A stretch of DNA of 64,000 bases from Planctomycetota bacterium (GTDB lineage Bacteria > Planctomycetota > UBA11346): the NCBI GenBank assembly GCA_031425255.1, contig JANPIY010000208.1:6955-70954 (forward strand). The letters run 5' to 3'. The notes beneath the pieces were generated by a model. That model ran no database searches, was not told where the DNA came from, and was given only the letters and a program-made list of their open reading frames with translations. This document shows, one piece after another, positions 61,701-64,000 of this stretch; within the stretch, counting starts at the first letter, position 1; each line of letters begins with the position of its first letter. Both the position numbers and the translations under genes were made by a program.

Positions 61701-64000
61701 TGCCGGCCATGCCGGAGATGCCGATGATCGAGGAGAAGCCGACGATCAGCCTGGGCGGCGTCGACGCGAGCGCCGTCAGCAGATTGAGCGCGCCCTGGAC
61801 CTTGGGACCGACCTCGGCCAGGGCCACGGCGGCGGTCGCCTGGTCGGCGCGCCGCGGCTTATTGATCGCGGCGCCGTGGATCAGACCGGTGATCGCTCCG
61901 AGCTCACGACGCACATCCGCCACCAGCCCGTCGACCGCCTTGGCATCGACCACATCGCACTGGTAATAACGCGCGGTGAGGCCCGCCTCGTGGAAGCGCG
62001 CCAAGGTGGCGCGCACCTCCTCGCCCGCCGGCGAGCTGCCGACCAGGACCATGCGCACGCCGGTGGCCTGCGCCTGCGCCAAGGCGCAGGCGGCAGTGAT
62101 CCCGCGTGCACCACCGCTGACCAGCACCACGTCGCTGCTGTTCCAGGCCAGTTCGCGTGGCGACCACGACACCGGCTCCGTCAGCACTGACCTGGGTACC
62201 CGGCGCGTGCGCTGGAGATCGTAGGCCGCCCGCGCATAGCGCACGCTGCCGGCCAGTTCCGCCACCACTAGCGGCGCGAGGTCGGCCACTGGCAGGGTTG
62301 GATCGGCGTCGATCACGCGCACGCGCAGGTCGGGTCGTTCCAGGTGCAGGCTGGCGGCGAAGGCACCGGTGCCGGCCTGGGCGAGGCCGGCGGTTCCACC
62401 GGCGCCGAACTGCACGATGGCCAGGAGCGGCTGGGCGCCACCCGCATGCGCGCGCGCCACCGTGGCGAGGGCGTGCAACCGTGCGACTGCGATATCCAGA
62501 CGCGGCTGGGCGGCGTCCTCGCGGCACAGCAGGCCAATGCGGTGGGAATACTGCGGATCGCTGAGCACGTCCGTGCCAAGCGCAACGGCATAGGTGCAAC
62601 TGCGCACCTCGGCAGCCGCGGCGAGCAACGCGGCGCGCAGGACGGCGACCAGGTCGGCCTCGCTCTCCTCGTGCAGCAGCAGCACGCGCGCACCACGCAG
62701 ACCATCGCCGGGCATGGCCGCCAGCGGCTCCGGCACCAACTCCATGCGGAAGCAGCGCACCCAGTCGGAGACCTCGACCGGCGGCGCCAGCGGGCTGGCG
62801 GATGCCACCGGCGCGAGCAGCTCGGCGAAGGCACGGGCGATGTCGCCTAGCGTGGCATTGGCGTACAGCGAGGCGTCGACCGCCGCAGTCAGCCCGACGG
62901 ATTTCGCCCCCGCCGCGACCAGTTCGCCGGCCTTGATCGAATCGAGGTTGAGATCGTCGAGCAGGCGCAGGCCGAGGCGCAGCCCCGCGCGCGCGAAGCC
63001 GGTGCGCTGGGCGACGAGGTCGAGCAACAGCGAGCCGATCGCGGCACTATCAGCGGTGGTCGCGGTGACGGCCTGCGGCAGTGGCGCGCTCGCGACGCCC
63101 ACCGGCAGCGCGCCGCTCAGGGCCTCGGCCACCTCATGCAGCGTGGCATTGGCGAACAGGCTGGGATCGATGCCGCTGGCGATGCCGAGTTCACGCGCCG
63201 CGCTGCCGACCAGTTCCGCCGCCTTGATCGAGTCGAGATTGAGGTCATCGAGCAGGCGCAGGGTGGGCCGGATGCCGGCCAGCGCGAAACCGGTGCGCGC
63301 CGCCACCAGCGCCATCAGCCGGGTTTCGATGGCCTGGCTGGTGACGGGCAGTGCGGCGGGCAATGCGGCGGGCAATGTGGCGAGCAGTGCCGTCGACACC
63401 CCCGTGACCACGCGCCCGGTGGACGGCGGCACGGTAGCGGTGACCGCCGGCTGGGACAGACCAGGGAGGTCGAGGTCGGCGCGGATCACCTGACCGAGGA
63501 AGGTGCCACGGCGCGCGAGGTAGTCGCCGAGCACGCCGGATTCCATCCCGCTGAGCGCGGCCAGCGTCGCCACCGTGCCGCCATCTCCTGCCGTCAACGC
63601 CAGTGGCGTCCAGGCCTGGGTCGGACGGAACGGCCGCTCGCAGGGATTGTCGATGAAGCGTTTGTGCGTGGTCGGCGTGAACGGGCGGATCAGGCGGTCG
63701 CGGTGGAGCTCCGCCCAGGCGATGGTGTGGCCACCGCAGAACGCGCGCGCGAGCACCGCCTGGAGATCGCGGTCGTTACCAGGACGCGCGGCCACCGGCA
63801 GGCACAACTCGCGGTCGAGCGTATCGCGCATGAGCCCGCTGAGCACGCGGCCCGGGCCGACCTCGATGACATGATCAACCTCCCGCGCCAATTGCGTGGT
63901 GATGGCGACGAAATCCACCGGCGCGGCGATCTGCCGCCCGACATGCTCGCGCAGCGGCAGCTGCGCGGTGATGGCCTGGCCGGCGATCCCCGAGTGCAGC
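58744..64000 (-). CDS. iterative type I polyketide/secondary-lipid synthase, C-terminal >1750 aa (N-terminus outside window): AT(part)-ACP-ACP-KR-DH-PPTase-like-4HBT-4HBT
   Basis: By hand translation the frame stays open from 63918 to the window edge (...GIAGQAITAQLPLREHVGRQIAAPVDFVAI...). Domain motifs are listed in the sub-features below. Confidence 0.9.
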   Translation of the reverse strand, partial: LHSGIAGQAITAQLPLREHVGRQIAAPVDFVAITTQLAREVDHVIEVGPGRVLSGLMRDTLDRELCLPVAARPGNDRDLQAVLARAFCGGHTIAWAELHRDRLIRPFTPTTHKRFIDNPCERPFRPTQAWTPLALTAGDGGTVATLAALSGMESGVLGDYLARRGTFLGQVIRADLDLPGLSQPAVTATVPPSTGRVVTGVSTALLATLPAALPAALPVTSQAIETRLMALVAARTGFALAGIRPTLRLLDDLNLDSIKAAELVGSAARELGIASGIDPSLFANATLHEVAEALSGALPVGVASAPLPQAVTATTADSAAIGSLLLDLVAQRTGFARAGLRLGLRLLDDLNLDSIKAGELVAAGAKSVGLTAAVDASLYANATLGDIARAFAELLAPVASASPLAPPVEVSDWVRCFRMELVPEPLAAMPGDGLRGARVLLLHEESEADLVAVLRAALLAAAAEVRSCTYAVALGTDVLSDPQYSHRIGLLCREDAAQPRLDIAVARLHALATVARAHAGGAQPLLAIVQFGAGGTAGLAQAGTGAFAASLHLERPDLRVRVIDADPTLPVADLAPLVVAELAGSVRYARAAYDLQRTRRVPRSVLTEPVSWSPRELAWNSSDVVLVSGGARGITAACALAQAQATGVRMVLVGSSPAGEEVRATLARFHEAGLTARYYQCDVVDAKAVDGLVADVRRELGAITGLIHGAAINKPRRADQATAAVALAEVGPKVQGALNLLTALASTPPRLIVGFSSIIGISGMAGNAWYAFSNETLAQLLRAFAHDHPGTHVISLAYSVWAEVGMGARMGSDQHLARLGIGAIPPREGIDRFLKLVSHDPGSSEVIISAPLGGLDTWIPLVPAKPMAARYLDEVQGFIPGVELRVRTRLTLARDPYVADHIYKGSALFPTVFGLEAMAQAAAWVLGLPVIAALTIEDIHLERPIVVDQRQGTLIALRARVEERADHTSPYRVHVGITSEATGFARDHFTATLVFAAPVSTPAALPVFSAQPLPIDPRQDLYSWLLFQGPRFQRLRHIHTLDSHTCTFTSEQRDYRVAADGEETYLLGDPYFRDSLLQAPQLTVSQQLSLPVHIARIELRVWQPEAVARPAPIARQGEAVFDGAVPGNDRQLLAHVTVGDEHGRLLERITGYRLAVLERRDDHPTPEQIADPDAFDSGDLRQRLDHAASALGVRVPFLTLAYGDWHGPDRAARRLAERPLLTATLAAADLVGAEVVWAADHRPTLAGVEGFGVSVAHDERACLVVVGAGDQGCDVAPVTHRQDHDDWLALIGSANAPLLTALVAGGGGLDIAGTRLWAAAEAVRKAGGGVILDLAITARRDTAVLLSGATASGGRLAVLTLPWCGRRGPQRLIAVVVGAVAVTPVTPVMAVPPAPSETAQPAGFAPHVYGMRFDLALQGQLAFTLRFPLTFRETAHLSRNLYFSHFAMWMGKLREAACQPVYAALVEQFSSGRWGMVTNRSETCILGSASTCDVIEGRVWLDRVYGPSASTMDLCYEWSAERASGERVLLGRSKMTATWVEILDHGLVAARPFPAYYQEFIARIAPVVAAEQPWEVGASAGLGPVVRQSVHGPVGRVVLHEQRFHTTLEDANLVGNIYFANYYLWQGRIVDTCFQRMAPELLRGVGAAGELRCTYTKVDHLREAMPFDTILIRIALVALHAQGIRLHVDYFREGSEGQLTKLAWGEHHAQWFKPAADGQWLPAALPQVLVDGCLRLGTPSGDAAEIPVLMN
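58849..59787 (-). other. PKS domains: two tandem 4HBT/YbgC-type hot-dog thioesterase folds (approximate)
   Basis: The second fold has 'TLEDANLVGNIYFANYYLWQGR' (YbgC-like DxN..G.vy..Y). The first has 'RETAHLSRNLYFSHFAMWMGK' and lacks the Asp. Confidence 0.65.
59884..60471 (-). other. PKS domain: Sfp-type phosphopantetheinyl-transferase-like region with altered metal-binding motif (approximate)
   Basis: 'GVSVAHDERACLVVVGAGDQGCDVAPV' (cf. SxSH...GxDxE) and 'RLWAAAEAVRKAGGG' (cf. WxxKEAxxK). Confidence 0.55.
60514..61386 (-). other. PKS domain: PS-type dehydratase (double hot-dog), approximate
   Basis: 'ADHIYKGSALFP' = HxxxGxxxxP; second half 'GDPYFRDSLLQ' = DxxxQ. Confidence 0.8.
61429..62136 (-). 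other. PKS domain: ketoreductase catalytic subdomain (approximate)
   Basis: Rossmann 'VVLVSGGARGITAA', 'LIHGAAI', 'GNAWYAFSNETL' (Y..N). Confidence 0.8.
62815..63045 (-). other. PKS domain: ACP 2 (approximate bounds), tandem duplicate of ACP 1
   Basis: 'LRLLDDLNLDSIKAGELV'. Flanking sequence is parallel to ACP 1. Confidence 0.8.
63109..63336 (-). other. PKS domain: ACP 1 (approximate bounds)
   Basis: 'LRLLDDLNLDSIKAAELV', phosphopantetheine Ser in an LDSIK context (PUFA/PKSE-like). Confidence 0.8.

Noticed and set aside
58711-63493. Plus-strand ORFs 58711..60096, 60454..62190 and 62594..63493
   Set aside because: All are antisense to the PKS frame, which shows an ordered ACP-ACP-KR-DH-... 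motif series.
58744-64000. Calling the locus an enediyne biosynthetic cluster
   Set aside because: Only the PKS is visible. None of the enediyne cassette genes (E3/E4/E5-type) can be seen because the upstream region is outside the window, and tandem ACPs fit PUFA-type synthases equally well.
1-64000. Search for tRNA, rRNA, tmRNA/SRP/RNase P, CRISPR arrays, IS elements and integrases
   Set aside because: By eye I found no cloverleaf-compatible segment or conserved RNA motif in any intergenic region, and no transposase or integrase-like ORF. Small structured RNAs cannot be excluded without covariance-model scans.

Overview
High-GC (visibly ~65-70%), gene-dense bacterial chromosomal window. I recognise no rRNA, tRNA, CRISPR array, transposase or integrase. 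The gene content points to the PVC superphylum, most likely a Verrucomicrobiota/Opitutales-like organism: two DUF1501 genes, one paired with DUF1800 and one with a PSCyt/DUF1549/DUF1553 cytochrome-c protein, a DUF6807/PmoA-like gene, a membrane-bound-dehydrogenase-like beta-propeller, and an overlapping kdsB-pyrG pair. This taxonomic call is inference from memory of family distributions, not a search result. Housekeeping genes: dnaE (3' part), thyA, folA, a TrpD-family gene, pyrG, kdsB, sppA and hisH. Other blocks are a MoxR-DUF58-TgpA module and a compositionally atypical glycan cluster (5 glycosyltransferases plus 3 SAM methyltransferases). There is also an operon of three secreted helical-repeat proteins and a four-gene SNF2-helicase/SWIM module. 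The strongest candidate for an undescribed system is at the right end: TetR, a DevCAB-like ABC exporter and an outer-membrane factor, convergent with a very large iterative type I PKS that runs off the window. Its visible architecture is AT-ACP-ACP-KR-DH, a PPTase-like domain, then two 4HBT hot-dog domains, which mixes PUFA-synthase and enediyne-PKSE features. At the nucleotide level the most unusual signal is a set of tandem heptamer arrays. Family 1 is GTCCGAT/ATCGGAC and family 2 is GTGCGAG/CTCGCAC. They are arranged as long inverted repeats at gene junctions, and one of them encloses the RBS and start codon of a DUF1501 gene. Because of the GC content the ORF track holds many long antisense shadow ORFs and 5'-over-extended ORFs. 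I trimmed starts using ATG/SD context and known protein N-termini. All family assignments come from motif recognition by eye and are unverified by any search.
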